Below are positions 30,483 through 44,748 of a stretch of DNA of 64,000 bases, piece by piece. Source of the DNA: Catajapyx aquilonaris. Taxonomy: Eukaryota. Under the pieces are notes generated by a model. The model was given only the letters and a program-made list of their open reading frames with translations, was not told where the DNA came from and searched no databases. Each line of letters begins with the position of its first letter. Position 1 is the stretch's first letter. The DNA lies in assembly GCA_000934665.2 (NCBI GenBank), contig JYFJ02001397.1:1-64000 (forward strand), read 5' to 3'. The position numbers were made by a program, and so were the translations under genes.

Positions 30483-31970
30483 GTCACCTGAGGGCAACCC
30501 CCAAAAAACATCGTCTAGTCATGCGTCCACCTGCTGCATTCGGTCTCTCTTACTGCTCCATCAGTGACAGTGTCCTGTACAGTGAGCTACACGAACAACG
30601 TAGCGGACGTCGCTTAGTAGTCATCCAGTGCGCGACACGGGGTCATCAGTATAACTCCCACGTAATGGGCAATTCCGTGACCTATTCCAATGACAAAATT
30701 CATTGTGTCTTTTTTTCCGCTGGGAAGCGTCGTTATGACACGCGAAGGCAATTAGGTCACGTCAATGTGAATTATAAATATCCTGATGGTCCTAACACTC
30801 TCCACCCATCTGTGATAGCCCAGTGGCCTAACCTGCAGGATATTTACCACCAATGTCGCCTGACCTTTCCCCATCCAAAAATGACAAAGAATTTTGGCAA
30901 ACGAGCAGGTCATAGAATTAATTCATCTACCAGCCTATTACACGGAAGTAACTAACCACCCTGCAAACACAGCGCTGTAGACACCCAGTGAACCCAGTGA
31001 TACCTTCAACGGCCACCAGAGCGTCGCTACATGAGGCAAATCAGAGGACGTGCCCTGGAGTAGCCAGTAAAGACAGTGAGCCACGTTAGATGATCGCTAA
31101 TTTGGTGTTTTCTCATCCCCCCTCCTCCCTGGCCCCTCCGGCCAAGCGGACCCAGAGTGGCAAAACAGCTAACGAGTCGGAAGGAAAATCCATACCCTCT
31201 GCTATACAACCTTTTGTTTCCCTCGCTTGTTGGGTAGAAGCGTGGCGATTCCCGTCGCCATTATCTCTTCCTCAATGCTTCCATTATGTCGGTCAGAAGA
31301 GGCCTCGAGGCCAACCCAACTCATTCCATTTTTAAAAAAATCCTCTTCAGCAGGGACGTCCATCCCCCACTATACCGGAACTCCCATTTTCTTCTTTTCT
31401 TTTGCACCACTTTTGCATCTCTGGAAGCCTTGTTGCTGAGGATTTGACTCGGGCGCCATGACTCTTCTTCTTTGCGGGCATGCTGTAGGCTATGTGTGAA
31501 TCACATGGCGACTGACGTATTGTGTTGGGGAGGGCGGACGAGGAGGCCGCCAATAGGGAACCGACTTCATGGACGTCAGTGGCGTCGATATCGTCGTCAC
31601 GCTTTGGGGCACTGAATGGCGGATACACAAGAGTCAACCCCACCCACACCATTCGCGCCCTCCCTTCAACTTTTATAGCCTATACCGACGTTTGCACACG
31701 TCTACCGTTCCAGCTTGTCCAACACTGTCGTGATCAGCAAAAAAGCCATATCTGCCGTTATTGAAGATGTGACTTTTTTCCTGAGAGCGGCAGAATATGT
31801 ATATGGAAACGCATTATTTACTGGAAAAAAATATCTCAGACCGTCCCTGAACAAAAATCATTCCTATTGTTTCATGTGTCTCCCTTTCCCATAGTCAAAC
31901 CAGTCGGTGTCTCTCCTGCTGTTTCGAATCCACCTGGCCAAAGTCCACATGTATTATAGCCTAATGTACA

Positions 31971-32236
31971 AATAAATCGACAACCACAGTGCTGTTAGTT
32001 GTGTCGTCGTACATGTTTGTAGGAGCCACCGTGCGGTAAAACTTGTCCTTATTGTAAGTATGTGTACGTGAGTGCTGCCCACTCTTGTCCTATACGTCTC
32101 TTGTATTTAAGTATAAATACACCTTTGTACATATAATCATCCCACCCCCCATCATCCACTTCCCATCTTTCAAAATGCCCTCTCTGTGCAAGTGTTTTCG
32201 CCACTCGTTGTTATACTTGGCAACTACGCTAATAAA
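31971..32236 (+). terminator. Candidate Hmx polyadenylation signals (AATAAA 31971-31976 and 32231-32236)
   Basis: These are the first canonical AATAAA hexamers I found downstream of the stop at 30482, implying a 3' UTR of about 1.5-1.8 kb. Confidence 0.5.
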
Positions 32237-35200
32237 AGAGGCTGTAGGCAAATAATATCGCATGTCGCCTTTTACTTTACTCCATTCGAATTCTAATCAT
32301 TTATAGTTATTTTATAAATAGCAAATCAATGGCACAAAATAAACTTCGTGCACTTTTCATATCGATATTATTCTCATGAGAGAAAAGAAAAGCCACAGAT
32401 TATATTTGACGTCAGTCGATTAACTCGGGCTATTGTGACATATTTGATCCACAAAATCCGCAGCAGTCCTCTTCATCAACGATCGACTGCATCGGCCACA
32501 AATGAGGCAGCCCTTAATACTTTATTGATAAAAGATAATCTGAAATGAGGGAAAGCCTATACCAGTTTTGCTCGCCGGCAGCAACCATAAGTAGTGACGT
32601 TAAAAACTACATGATCAGCCACATATGACGTGAATGATAATGTCACTATAGCCTTTAACATTATTAGTTTCATTGCTGACGCTGTTGTTGACCTTATGAC
32701 GCCATTACACAAATTTCTGTAATGCAGTATTCTATAGGCATCCTATACAATGGAATGATGCAGGAGTACAAATTATTGGTACCAATGTTAATTTTGACCG
32801 CCAAATTATTGTGAATGTGCCTTTTACAACAAATGCCACTTCATGCCCGAGTCAACATACAAGCCTGGAGTATATAAAGCTTGGTAAGTACAGTGTACAG
32901 ACACTTTCTAAAAAAACTTTTTTTTTGTCCTGTAACAGAAAGCTTGCAAAAAAAAACGCAGCAAGCGCAGTGAAATCTAAGGCGGAAGTCGAGTTGGGAT
33001 ATAAGTCTTTTCACCAGCACAATTAGCATCCTGGCTGGAATTTCATTCAGTCGGCGGGAAGGCAGGCAGGGAGGCACAACAGCGAATAAAAAGTGCCCGG
33101 AGCTGGGTTTCCCGCGGGCAATCTGAGCGAGATTGTTCTGTCAACAAGCAGGCAGAGGCTTTTCTCTCCATCGCATAAACCCCAGGCAGAGATTGGCTCT
33201 GCTTTTTCCTCTCCTTCCGTTTTCTTCCTTTGTCCTTTTACGGCGCAGTTAAGGCCTGAAATTGGAGGCGCGCCCGCTTCGCCGCGCTGACATGTGGCAA
33301 TGATAAAAGCTCGCAAAACAAATGTGGGCTGGGTCTCCGCAAATCGCTCACAATGGATCATTTTCTCAGACTCTGCCTCTTACGCCTCCTTTACAACACT
33401 TACAGCCAGACTTGTTTCCTACTGCAATGCAGCAAAGGAGCCCCACCCCCTCCTTCCGCTCTACTCCAATCAACCAACACCTATTCTGCTCACAACTACT
33501 TCCAGCTACTTGTAGAAAGTGTCACTCACTCCTGCTGGTAGTGATACCATTCACAATGGCAGAACAGCGATGTTCATCCTTGTCAGCAGGCATTCTGTGA
33601 GGCGTGTCTTGCACACACCCCGTATTTCAGGGGGTAAAAATATAAGCTCCTTCAGGCAATTCCATGGAGACAAAAGGGCAATAGAGCACAGAGCAAGAAA
33701 GCGGATCTTCAACAACCACTCAGCACCATATGTTACGGAGCTACAGACGCAGAAACGAAAATCAAATTGAAAAAGAAAATTGAGAATGTCCCTCAGCAGC
33801 TGGCAGCCAGTTTTGTGCCATCCGAATCCTTAGGCATACGCCAAGAAACCTATAAGAAACATTTGTGCGTTTTACGCACCAAAATATCCACAGGAACATA
33901 ATCCTCTTACAGATTCCAGGATTCTTTTCATAGCGGCATCATTTGTTCCCAATTGATACATGCCGCGTAAGCTCACATATACGGCTTCTGGCCAATTAAT
34001 TAGTGCTTTTTTTCTCCTGAAACTGGCTTTTATCTAAGTAGCGTTTGAAGAGAGTAACCCTGCGAACGTGAGGCTTCGCATTCAGAAAGCACATCCATTT
34101 TGGAAGTGGTGGTGCCGTTGACGGTCTTCCTTTGATTGGTGTTCGGAATGGATGTAGCCGCCTGCAATTTTCTCTATCCGAGCCCAGGAGCATATATTGG
34201 GTTCTGACTCTCTATAGACTCTTCTTTGCGGGTGGGAGGAAAAGGGGGGAGAAGAGCAGGGGGAGGGTGTGCGTGGCAAGAATGATCTATAAAGGGCATC
34301 CAGCCGGAATTGAGGCTTATTTAAGCGCATTCCCCAGCGAAATGGAAGCCACCTCGTTTTCCAGCTGGATGATCACGCTGCTGGTAGATCCCGCATCCCA
34401 TCATCATTGGACTCGGATTCACATTGCAAAATGCTCTTCTTTTTTCTCTCTCTCGCATAGCCGAAAGACCACGGCACTTCTAGATGACACCGGTATATTC
34501 AAAGCTTCAGTGTACACGTAGGGTACTGACGCATGATATTAAAGTGTGTTTTTGAGACTATAAATTGCACACAATGTTACCTGCTTGTAATATTCCGAGC
34601 AAGTTAATAGACTCACAAATCATTTGACATTGTTTCCATATACCTATAAAGTATGAACAAAAAGGCTCGTCCTGGAAAAAAAAATGTACAGTACATTATA
34701 CCTGTAAGGCATTTTATAGGCTCGTCTGGCTTGAAGCGTCCTGGCGGATAGTGTCTGTATAGATGAATCCACAAATAGAAGCGGTGGGATTGCACTTATT
34801 GCCATTCACAAAGGATACAAATGCCCGGTGCCAAGTTACAAGACGTAAAAGTGGTTCATTGTGCTCCCTCTTTCATGCCTCTATCTAGCTACTCAACGGA
34901 TGATGACGAAGAGATATGATTTCAGTAGAGCGGGTGAAAGCGAGTTGGGAGCTATAATTAACATCGGATGAAACCTAAGGCGATCTGAGGGCCATTAATG
35001 ATGACAATACCTGGCAGCCAAAGGGAACTGAGCACTGGTGGCTCGGGTTCCCTCCTACACCACATTTGCCTCTGGCTTTGGTTGCTTCTTGGCGGGAAGG
35101 CCCTTTTGTGCACCGGGTGTTGTTAACTCTCTCGAAATTAACACAAACGTTTTCAATGCTGCTGCTGCTCCCAGCCCTTGTTCCTCTCTCCAACACTCCA

Positions 35201-37779
35201 ACAGGTTTCGATGGGTCCCTCCGAAATGGAGAAGTTGGGATGGGAGTCAAGGGTCAGTCAAAAAATCACTTACTTCCATTCAGACGTGAATCGAACCCAT
35301 TCAGACCCGAAGAAAGATCCTTACAACGCAAAATATCTGCCAATGCACTCCTATACGTCTGATAGAAGAGCTACTACTTCCCCTCTACTAGACAACAAAG
35401 TAAGGGGGGCTTGGGGAGGATGGGTTGGACAGAGTAGGCGGGAGAGGGGGCGAGCAATTTGTCTAAAAGCCCAAGCATGGGCTGCGGCGGCCTTTGACAG
35501 ACCAAACAACGATCGATGACCGATCAATGACATGGAAGGAATTTCTTGTCTCTTTTTCGGTAGCCCGGTACGACGCAGTGTCTATCACGGATACCGCGGG
35601 TCTGACGAATGACCTCGTATATATAGAGACTATGCTGTGTGATGAGGGGCGTCCTCCAGCAGCTGGATGCAAACCCCTTCTGTCTCCCACAGGAGATATT
35701 TCCAACCCCGACGATGACGCAATAATGGCCTATAAGTGAAGCCATTTGGCCGACGGAGGGGGAATTACCAGCTCTAATGGCCGCCCGACAGCAAGCACCT
35801 TGTGGTGGTCAATTAATTAGCTGCGAGCCGAAGCCTACCAACTGTCGTAGTACGGTTGCCCTGCTCTAACACACCCGCTACATCCGCAAGAATGACTTCA
35901 CTCATCAGGATCACGAGAAAAGCATTGGTGTTTGACTCAATAATAGCAACCCCGTAACTACTCACACTGACTAACTCAGAGGTCCCAAATATTGCACCTG
36001 GCAGGTACAGTATATAGAAAAAAAGTAGTGCTATATTGTAAAATCCTATTACATTCCGGATGCTCTCACGATTGACCGATTTTCCTGCAGCACAAATATC
36101 AGCTTTTAAAAGGGTTTTAAAATATTTTCTCTTATCCAGAACACTTCGCAAGCAATGGAATTACTCCGTTTACTTGGCAGCATTTCATTACGCGTCTGCA
36201 ACCTACGCATCAAGCTAAGTCACTTGGGTTATACGACACCGGTATCTGACAATGCCAAAACAGTCTTGCGTTATTATTTGATCAGTAAGATAAATAGTGT
36301 CACGTGACCTTGTTGAGTATACGGCTAATAATAGTGTCAGATTACAACTAAGTTTCTATCTGTATATTCCCTCGATACTTTTCCTTTCACGTCTGAAAAC
36401 TCGAATAAAGATGTTGATAGACTACTAAGTCTTAACAGGTTTTTTGCCAGTGCGGTTACAATAATTTATTTGTTGTTTTGCTGTTATTTTTCTCGTCATT
36501 CTAAAAACCTGTAACTTATGTCAAAATTCAGAAGAATATCACATTCAAATACGGCTTTGAAATTAAAACCTGAAGTGCTAATGCATACTTCAAACGTACA
36601 ATATACAGTACGTGTATGATCTTACAGTGTGTGTCCGCTGCATTACGATTGGCTCTCTCCTTGTTTGCGTGGGTTACTCGGGGTTCTCCAATTTCCGCTT
36701 CCTCTCCTAAAGCTTTTTATCCTTAGACAATGGGGCAAGATATACATCTCAAAATAATGAGTGAATTCGAACACAAATGGAATTGGGGATACCAATCTCA
36801 TACAGTCACATTCTGATGCAAAATTCAGATATAAACACCATTAGCAACTTATGTTACTCCTGGTTAACGTATACCCCTTTTAAAAAGGCAATATCAGCCA
36901 TAGGTTCATTGTTGACAAATAAAACCTAATTTACTTTTTAGGATATTTGGTGGAAAAAAACCTGAGCACATAATTAACGCAACTAAACGTGATGCTTAAT
37001 GAGATAACATAATCACCCTTAATAAAGCATCGCACAACACGCCTTCTCACCCTCCTCTCTTTGTATCTTTCAGTGACGACTGTACACAGTAATCACAATA
37101 AATTCGACGCAAAACTTGGGAGTCATTGCGCAGTAGATCTCCGCGAAAGTGGCAAGTTTTGCCGGCAAAGTTGTGCGTTAAGAATCGAGAAGAGCAGCCT
37201 GAGAGCCAGCTCGGACCGTATCCCTCCATCCTGTAATAATTTTAATTTGCGGCCTCGCCTTGATGACAAGGGGATTAAGATTGAAGCGGAGCCTCGGCGC
37301 GCTTCTTAATGAAGATGAGGACATTCGGAGAGCAGCCAAGTGGGCCAAACTTTCCAACCCACTCCGCGATTTTCCACCCTTCAAGGATGAAGGGCCCGGG
37401 CACAACCTGAAACCCGCGCTTCTAAAACGACCCCATTACTTCGTATTAAGGATGGGAGTTTGTGTCTAACATGCCCGAAATCGACTAACATTGCGGTGGC
37501 GTATATGTGCGCTGCAGAGGGTCTTGCCTGCCTCTCCCCCCTCGCCCTACCTCCTATTTTGTACTTTTAAATGGTACATAAATGTCACAAGAGGGCCGTA
37601 AAGTCATCATGTGCGAACAGCTTTTATTTTCGTTCCCTGCCTGTATAAATAATTATTTTCCTTGCGAGAGCTACTCGGCGCTTTCTAGCTCATGTAGGAC
37701 TATATAGCCTGTAATGTGCATTAAATGTGTATGTTTTTTTCTTCTTCAGAATCTCATAGTACACGTCACCAGGACACAG

Positions 37780-38049
37780 GGTGTTAATCCTAAGCGTGTG
37801 ACCAGAAAAGGTGGTGGTAGAGGGCGCAGGTGTGAGCATTTTTGCATAAGGAACTAGGGGTCGGAAACGCACCCTCACCGAGTCACTCCGCCGCGGGCCG
37901 CACGTCTCTTGCACACTGCCTGTCGCAAACTTGAAAGGGGCGTAACTCGGTGAGGGTGCGTTTCCGACCCCTAGTTCCTTATGCAAAAATGCTCACACCT
38001 GCGCCCTATACCACCCCTTTTCTGGTGACACGCTTATAGGATTAACACC
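37780..38049. mobile_element. Foldback MITE with ~105-bp TIRs
   Basis: GGTGTTAATCCTA...GCATTTTTGCATAAGGAACTAGGGGTCGGAAACGCACCCTCACCGAGT and its reverse complement ending ATTAACACC. AG lies on both flanks (possible 2-bp TSD). Confidence 0.85.
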
Positions 38050-41000
38050 AGGTATGACCAGATTTATTCATCCAGATATGTTCAACAACAGTACTGTATA
38101 ACTTCTTTGCCATCAATCATTCCAGTTATTCGCCTATTAGGATGTCTTTTGCTTGAAAACTTTTCAGAATCACGCCCTTTTGGAGTTATACAATATTCAA
38201 GAGCAAGTGTACAGCAAGTGCGTCATTGACTTCCCTTTTCTATTAATAGCCCCTCCACTCCCTTTTACAATCTAGTAAGTGAAGTGAATGAAGCGCTGGT
38301 GACCCCCCTAATCTTCTCTCCTAATAACCTTAAATAAATAATCCCGTACATAACGATAATGATCCCGATAATGGCATTGGGGCAAACAGGAGGCTGTTAT
38401 CGTGCCCGGTGCCAGGCCGGAATAGTCACTTGGCCGCACGCGATCCCTTCTCCGGAGTGACAATCAGTGACGAGTCAAAAACCCCACAACAAAATTAATT
38501 CATCCACCAAAATTTTTGATGCCATTTTTTTATTTTATGAAGTTTACTACTTACACCCAGAACATTACAGTTACAGTTTGGTACATTTGGACGTCTATAA
38601 AGGAAATAGTGAAACCCTAAACTCCCCCCTACATTGCATACACTCTTCTGTTCAGTCGTATTCACGACAATAAGTTGTGTTTGTAAATCGCGACCAAAAT
38701 TCAAAAACTTGTCCCCCTACTAGAATAAGCGAGGGCGTGCAGATAGACAGCTGCCCCACTTGAGCCGCTTTAAAAAGGTAACATGATTCGTCAGATGAGA
38801 TGCACCCATCAGTTTGTAGTCAGCTGACAAAAGGTGAAGTTGTGAATGGACCACGGACCACTTTGGATTAACCGATCTCTCGACAACAGATGGCTGCAAT
38901 TATTATGTGGAGGGTTAACGTTTGGGGGGGCCATCTGGCACTCCTGCTCAATCAATTGGTTCCATATAGTGGCCAACACCCAACCAGTCCCACTACTTAA
39001 TTACCTGATAAACAACAGTCCTTAGGGATTTCGACAGTTAAATGAGCTATCTCAACCGGTTTGTAAGGTTGAGGAAATAAATTGCACTTGCACTCATTCT
39101 ATCACAAAATAATGCATAAAAATCGCCTACATATGACCAGTGAAATTGTCACCATTAGCCCTTATGGGGTATAGGCAGCAGACGGCAAACACCGGAGCTC
39201 CATCCGGGAGCATCCGGGCAGCTTAGCTGGCAAGAAATGGGCAATGGTAATCAAGCAGTTGAGAGAGCCCGTTGGCACGTAAGAGTCGTAGAGACCCCGT
39301 CCTAATTTACGACTTCATTTCCTTTATTTCCCCCTTTTTCCCGGGGAGCGGCTCTTGTTTCCCCGGCCCAATCCGCTCTGATAGCTGCTCTTATTTTCCC
39401 TCGCCAAATCCAGTTGCAATTGAGCTGAGGGGGGGGGGGGGGTTGGAAGGGGGAGCGGGGGTGATGCCAGGGAAGGGCTAGGATGATCCCCCCATCCCCA
39501 TGGCGTGATGTCTTCCTCTCAGGCTCTATATAGGGTGGGGCTTCTATCATTCCCCCTTCTCTTCGGGGCCTTTGGGCTTGGGTGTGGCTAACTAGACAAG
39601 CTTTTTCCAACCCCCTCCCGCCACCCAGTCTAAGCTACAGTGAAAAGGGGGGGAATTATTCTTTTTTAGTTTTTGCATGTATTTAACTAGTGTCGTAAAT
39701 CTCCCTGCTCAAATTGCTTTGCATGAGCAACGGTTTACCGTCAGGGATGCTTTCCCACGGGATGGTGCGTCTTCGTCCGAGTCATGCAAGTTGTCTCGAC
39801 TGCCTCATGATACCACAAACAGATCCTTATTATCAGGTAAGTGGCGTTAATTTGCCTGTTATTAGTGGTAAAGGGAAAACCTTGCCGTGATCTAAATAAT
39901 TAGAAAAATTGGTGGGCCTGGCCTTCCCAAAGAGGCCATATCTAAACCCATATCAAAAATATGGATAAAACCCCGTTTCTTTCACGAAATATAACCTAAC
40001 ATTAATTTCATGCAGATATAACCAAAATATCGGGAAAACAATTGAAATTAAATTCAAAACCCGATTTCCATATTGTTTTCATTTAGGTTGCATATGAATG
40101 CAAATTATTTTTTCTTAATTGACACATTTTTGAAGCTGTTTTTGTGTGCCTTGTGGAGGAACTTTGGTTGTTATTTAAAATTCTTTAACTATTGTATGCA
40201 TATCAACTAATGATACCTCATAACAATAAGTTCAATGCAAAATGTTATTGCACTTTCCACTTCTCTCCAAACATTCCTCCACATTCCAGTCAGTAAACAT
40301 TGCAAGTAAACACCATCAATGTAACCAAATAAGCTCTTCAATTATTATCATTCCGGTTTCTGTCCCTGAAGCAAACCCATAATCATCAGAAGCCTTCACC
40401 CTCAAAGGCACCCCACGTCCAATGAAGTGATCCTCCCAGCGTAATCACGCATCACTCTATTAAAACTCGGCGCCACCTGCCCCAGGCTTCTAATAACAAA
40501 ATAAGTATGAAATAAATGTGTACCCTTCTCCCCCCCCCCCTCCTCCTCCCCCTCCCTCATTTTCTCCATCGCTCGGTTCCCTTCACCCTACTTCCCAATT
40601 AATCTAGCGGACTGGATTTGGCCCAACCGCCAAAGAGTCAAGCACAAATCCTGCCATCAAAGGGAAGGAGGAGATGAGATGGGGGGGCTTCCTCTGCAGC
40701 CTCCTATTCCAGATCAATGGGGAGGTTGGGAGTGGAGGGGGATCACCTTTCAATCTGGGATGCTAGGATACTCCTCTCAAAGTCCTCGCCACCCTGCTTC
40801 CTTCCCACCTTCTCCCCNCCCCCAACTACAAGACCTTTTTACACCATCAGACTTGATGCCCTCTTTGGAGGATTCACTGCTCACGGTTCGATGGGAGGAA
40901 CTTGCCAACTTCCAACGGGTCACTTTGTACCGCACCAAAGCTGCCTGCTCTGACCCGGGCCAATATTTTTTCAGGGAGGTATTCAAACCCATGCTAAGGC

Positions 41001-41611
41001 AACACAACGACCATATAACCATTACCTTAGTTTGGGTATACAAAGTGCGGCTGTTTTTATTTACAACTAGGCAATTAATGTTATAGTGCCGGAAGTGGTG
41101 TGGTGGATTATAGCCCTCTCCCTTCGATAAGGCCACCGGGGGTTAAAGTTGCGGTCAAGCGCAAGAGGCACGCATTTTAATTAACTACTTTTGCATAACG
41201 TGATTTCATGTATTAACGTCATGCTTTGCAAACCCTTCACGGAACTAGGTGCTAGGAGCGTAGAATATTCTTTAAAAGCTCTGCCGTTTGTGCAAATTAA
41301 ATTCACCCGACATACAGCATTACATAAGCATGGTGTTTCAGATTTAAATTGCTGCACAACACCGGAAGCAGTCCGCTACTTGTCACATATGCGCCTGTGG
41401 CCAAGAGAACAGAACTGTGGTCACCGTGGATGCATGTTAATACTGTACAGTAACATATATACTTTGCCATTAACCATAACCATTAAAAGTAACTGCTACA
41501 AATAAGTAGCTTGAAGCCATAAAATATCCATATTAGTCGGACAAGTAATTTCGACCACCTTTCATGTACAAATTCATATAGAAAACGCAGTCAAGCAGCC
41601 TCCAGTGAACT

Positions 41612-41944
41612 TTTTTTTTGTTTTTTTTTGCATTACCCCATATCTACACATATATGGGGGGTGGATTACCACCGTCGGGATTATTTTTGGAGCGAGTCAA
41701 GATTTAATCTTGTTAGTATGCTCCAAGGTAGTTAGGAGGGGATGTGCAAAGTGCGTGTGCGCGGGCGAGTAGTGGTCATTTTGTGAACTCCCCCGGGTGG
41801 CTTAGTCTATCGGAAATTGCCACCCGAAACGAAGCCAGAGATGGCCCAACTCTGCACGAAAGAAGGTGGGAACCCCGGGTGGGGATTGAACCCGGGACCT
41901 TAACTTCCGTGGGCGCGCGCGTTACCGCGGCGCCACTCCGTCTC
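41612..41944 (-). mobile_element. Full-length tRNA-derived SINE with A-rich tail and 13-bp TSD
   Basis: On the minus strand: A-box-like TGGCGCCGCGG, B box GGTTCAATCC and an A-rich 3' tail. The perfect direct repeat CCTCCAGTGAACT lies at 41599-41611 and 41945-41957. Confidence 0.92.
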
Positions 41945-42030
41945 CCTCCAGTGAACTAAAAACGACAATATTTCTGGATCGGTTCTTCAGCAATATCTGC
42001 TTTTAAAGCACAATATCCCAATTCGCTACA

Positions 42031-42436
42031 CAGGGTGTCCGAAATTAACTACTGTCCGATGTCGGTAAGCAGAGCCATCTGTATAGCTCGTTCTAACAAC
42101 AGGAACGGCTCCTTTGGTAGGGAGAGTAATGAAGATATGCGGAGAAGGATTCCGGCCGAAAGGCCGGCGACGATGCGACGTTGACGTCGGCGATGACTAT
42201 CCTGACAAGTATGGATACCCCCACACACGCCTGCATTGCTGCGGAATCAGGCGGTTGAGCAACTGTCTGGGGGTGAGAGCGCCTGTCTCCGGCAACCAGA
42301 AATGCAGGCACGCATGGGGGTACTCATACTTGTCATGATAGTCATCGTCGACGTCAACGTCGCGTCGTCGCCGGCCTTTCGGGCGGAATCCTTCACCCCA
42401 TGTCTTCATTAATTTAATTTCGGCCACAGCACCCTG
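42031..42436. mobile_element. Tc1/mariner-type MITE (CAGGGTG termini) containing an internal ~285-bp foldback
   Basis: CAGGGTGTCCGAAATTAA ... TTAATTTCGGCCACAGCACCCTG|TA, with an internal inverted repeat at 42127-42411. Confidence 0.75.
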
Positions 42437-44080
42437 TACAGTGTCCAACTGCAAGTGTGTATACAACTTGGACATTTCCTATATTATTTTGATATTCTCC
42501 GATAAAAATAAAGCGGTTTCTGTCAAATTTAATTCACGTATTTATCAGTATAGAACCAGCATAAACTACAATTATAACAGTTGACCATTTTTTGTGTAAC
42601 TCTGAGTTCATGGCATTCTCAAGCCTGGTCCTTCGTCGCCGGTAGTTCCCCCACTGGATAAAATAAAGTAACCACATTAACCATTCACACTCCAGCTATT
42701 TCTAATGATCGACCAAACCAAAGCAACTAAAGGCTCGCTGGATTTTTCTGGTTTTTAGACAACTGAAGAATCCCGAGAAAACCCACACCAACACTTGTAC
42801 TGTCCTTATCCATATAAACAATTTGCTTCGTATATGCATTTGGCAAATCCCATCAGTCCCTGCAATCCAACCAGCACCCAAGCCACCAACCAATTCCGCC
42901 AGGCCTAATCTCCACACAAAAAAGTGATTAACCCTTGCAAGTTGGCACCTTCATACCACCACCCCAACCTCCCTGAACTCCAGGCAGTCGTTTGGATTGG
43001 CAATCGGGCGCTGGTTGAGAGGAGCGCACTCCAGAGGCGCAGAAATCGGCTTCCTTCTTTTTTTTGTTTTTAACACCTCTCCTGGAAAAAAAAAAGGCCT
43101 CTCTAGGAAGGAAAATTGGGCCATTCATTTGTTGGGGCGGTGCTGCTCTGACGGCAGGGCGCCATTGCGGCCCATATAACCCCCCCTCCTCCTCCTCCTC
43201 TCCCTGCATCCTCCCCGCTCCCATCTCCACCCCCGAAGAGACCGCAGCGCTCTCGGGCGGCCGATAAATTAATCAGGAGCGCGTGAGCGGGAACAAGCGG
43301 GGCTCAAGCGGCGCATTAGACCTGCGCCCACAAGCCCTCCCGTAAATCGAGATGGATTAGTCTGGCGGCAGGAGAGAGAAAGCTAGCTTTTTCCCCCCTC
43401 CTACCCGCAGCAGCATCCCACCCACCGTAACTTTACAACCCTGAGGATGCAGCTCTAAAGCGAGCCAAATGAGAGAATCGCTTCCCTCCGAAATGGCTTC
43501 CCCCGTTCCCTGGGTTCCGCGGAAAAGAGTAAAAGAAAAGGTGTCATCCGGGGGCTCCTTCAAAATAGCGCCTGAGCAAAGCCTCTTCAGGACTATACAC
43601 TCAGCTAGGTCCGGAAATTGGGAAGCCGCCACCAAGCTACTAAATCATTTCTGGGAAAGGCTTTGAGCCTAAATTGAGGCTTAGAGAGATTCACCTCGTT
43701 GAGAAGAGAAACCCTCTAAATTTTTAAAATGCGCTCAGGGTTAGGTGACGGGCGCGATATGATATTGATACCAGGTAACGACCCACTCCAATCTGTTTCT
43801 CAATGGTTTCTGCATATAAGGCTTGAAACGACAGTTGAGAAGCCTCTCAAGGCATGGCTGTCTTATACTTTACTCTTCCGGACCTGCAGGGTTGTCTCAA
43901 AAAATATACATTCTAATAGTATCGCAAGAATAATTACATTTCGTATAAATTAGCAACACTTTTAACATTAATATATGATGAGAAAAGCGTACGCTTGTCT
44001 GTCCGTGAACAGGTATTCTATCATGGTCTAAACCGTGTGAGATATCGACTAACGGGTTTCGGATTCAAATTCATCGTGAC

Positions 44081-44748
44081 CATCTGTTCCAAATTCGTGG
44101 GGTTTTAATAGTGATATCGCCAGATAGCAGTTATTTTTTGTAGCTTGTTGTGCCCCGAGCCAGGTTCCTCATAATATCGAATATAGCAGTTTCTACAGAG
44201 GGTTCGGAAATCTAACCTACTGTCGCTTTGGGAAATGAAAGAGGGGTTCTAGGCGATCACTTTGAGTATATGCAACATGGGTCTCCGACCCATAGTTACC
44301 GAGATAATGTGCTTCAAATGCAAGATATAAAATATCATGGCACGTATGAGTCCCTCTACGTAACCTTACAATTTTCATTTAAATTTAAGGTACTGCCATG
44401 TAATTTAATTTAAATTTACAATCCTGTAAGCAGTGTTAGGTGTAGCAGGGAGTGGCCTAGGCGATGGAAGTGTCGTAAGCAGTATCCGAAACCTATATAA
44501 GCTGGGATAATGCACTTTTTATTTAATGCTCATTATCTCGGTAGCTTTGCGTCGGAGACACATGTTGTGTATACTCAAAGTGATCGCCTGGAACCCCTCT
44601 ATCATTTCACAAAGCGACGGTATAGGTTAAATTTCCGAACCTTGCATAATGGGGCACCTGGTTAGGGGGCACAACGGTGCTACAAAAATAACCGATGTCG
44701 GACGATATCAGTTATATAAAAAACGACCCACGAATTTGGAACACCCTA
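44081..44748. mobile_element. Degenerate Tc1/mariner-type foldback MITE
   Basis: The left TGTTCCAAATTCGTGG pairs with the right CCACGAATTTGGAACACCCTA. Arms of about 230 bp are visible, e.g. AGAGGGGTTCTAGGCGATCACTTTGAGTATA vs TATACTCAAAGTGATCGCCTGGAACCCCTCT. Confidence 0.8.

Noticed and set aside
41860..41944. tRNA-like sequences (also 53430-53510)
   Set aside because: They are SINE heads with body, tail and TSD, and have no complete cloverleaf.
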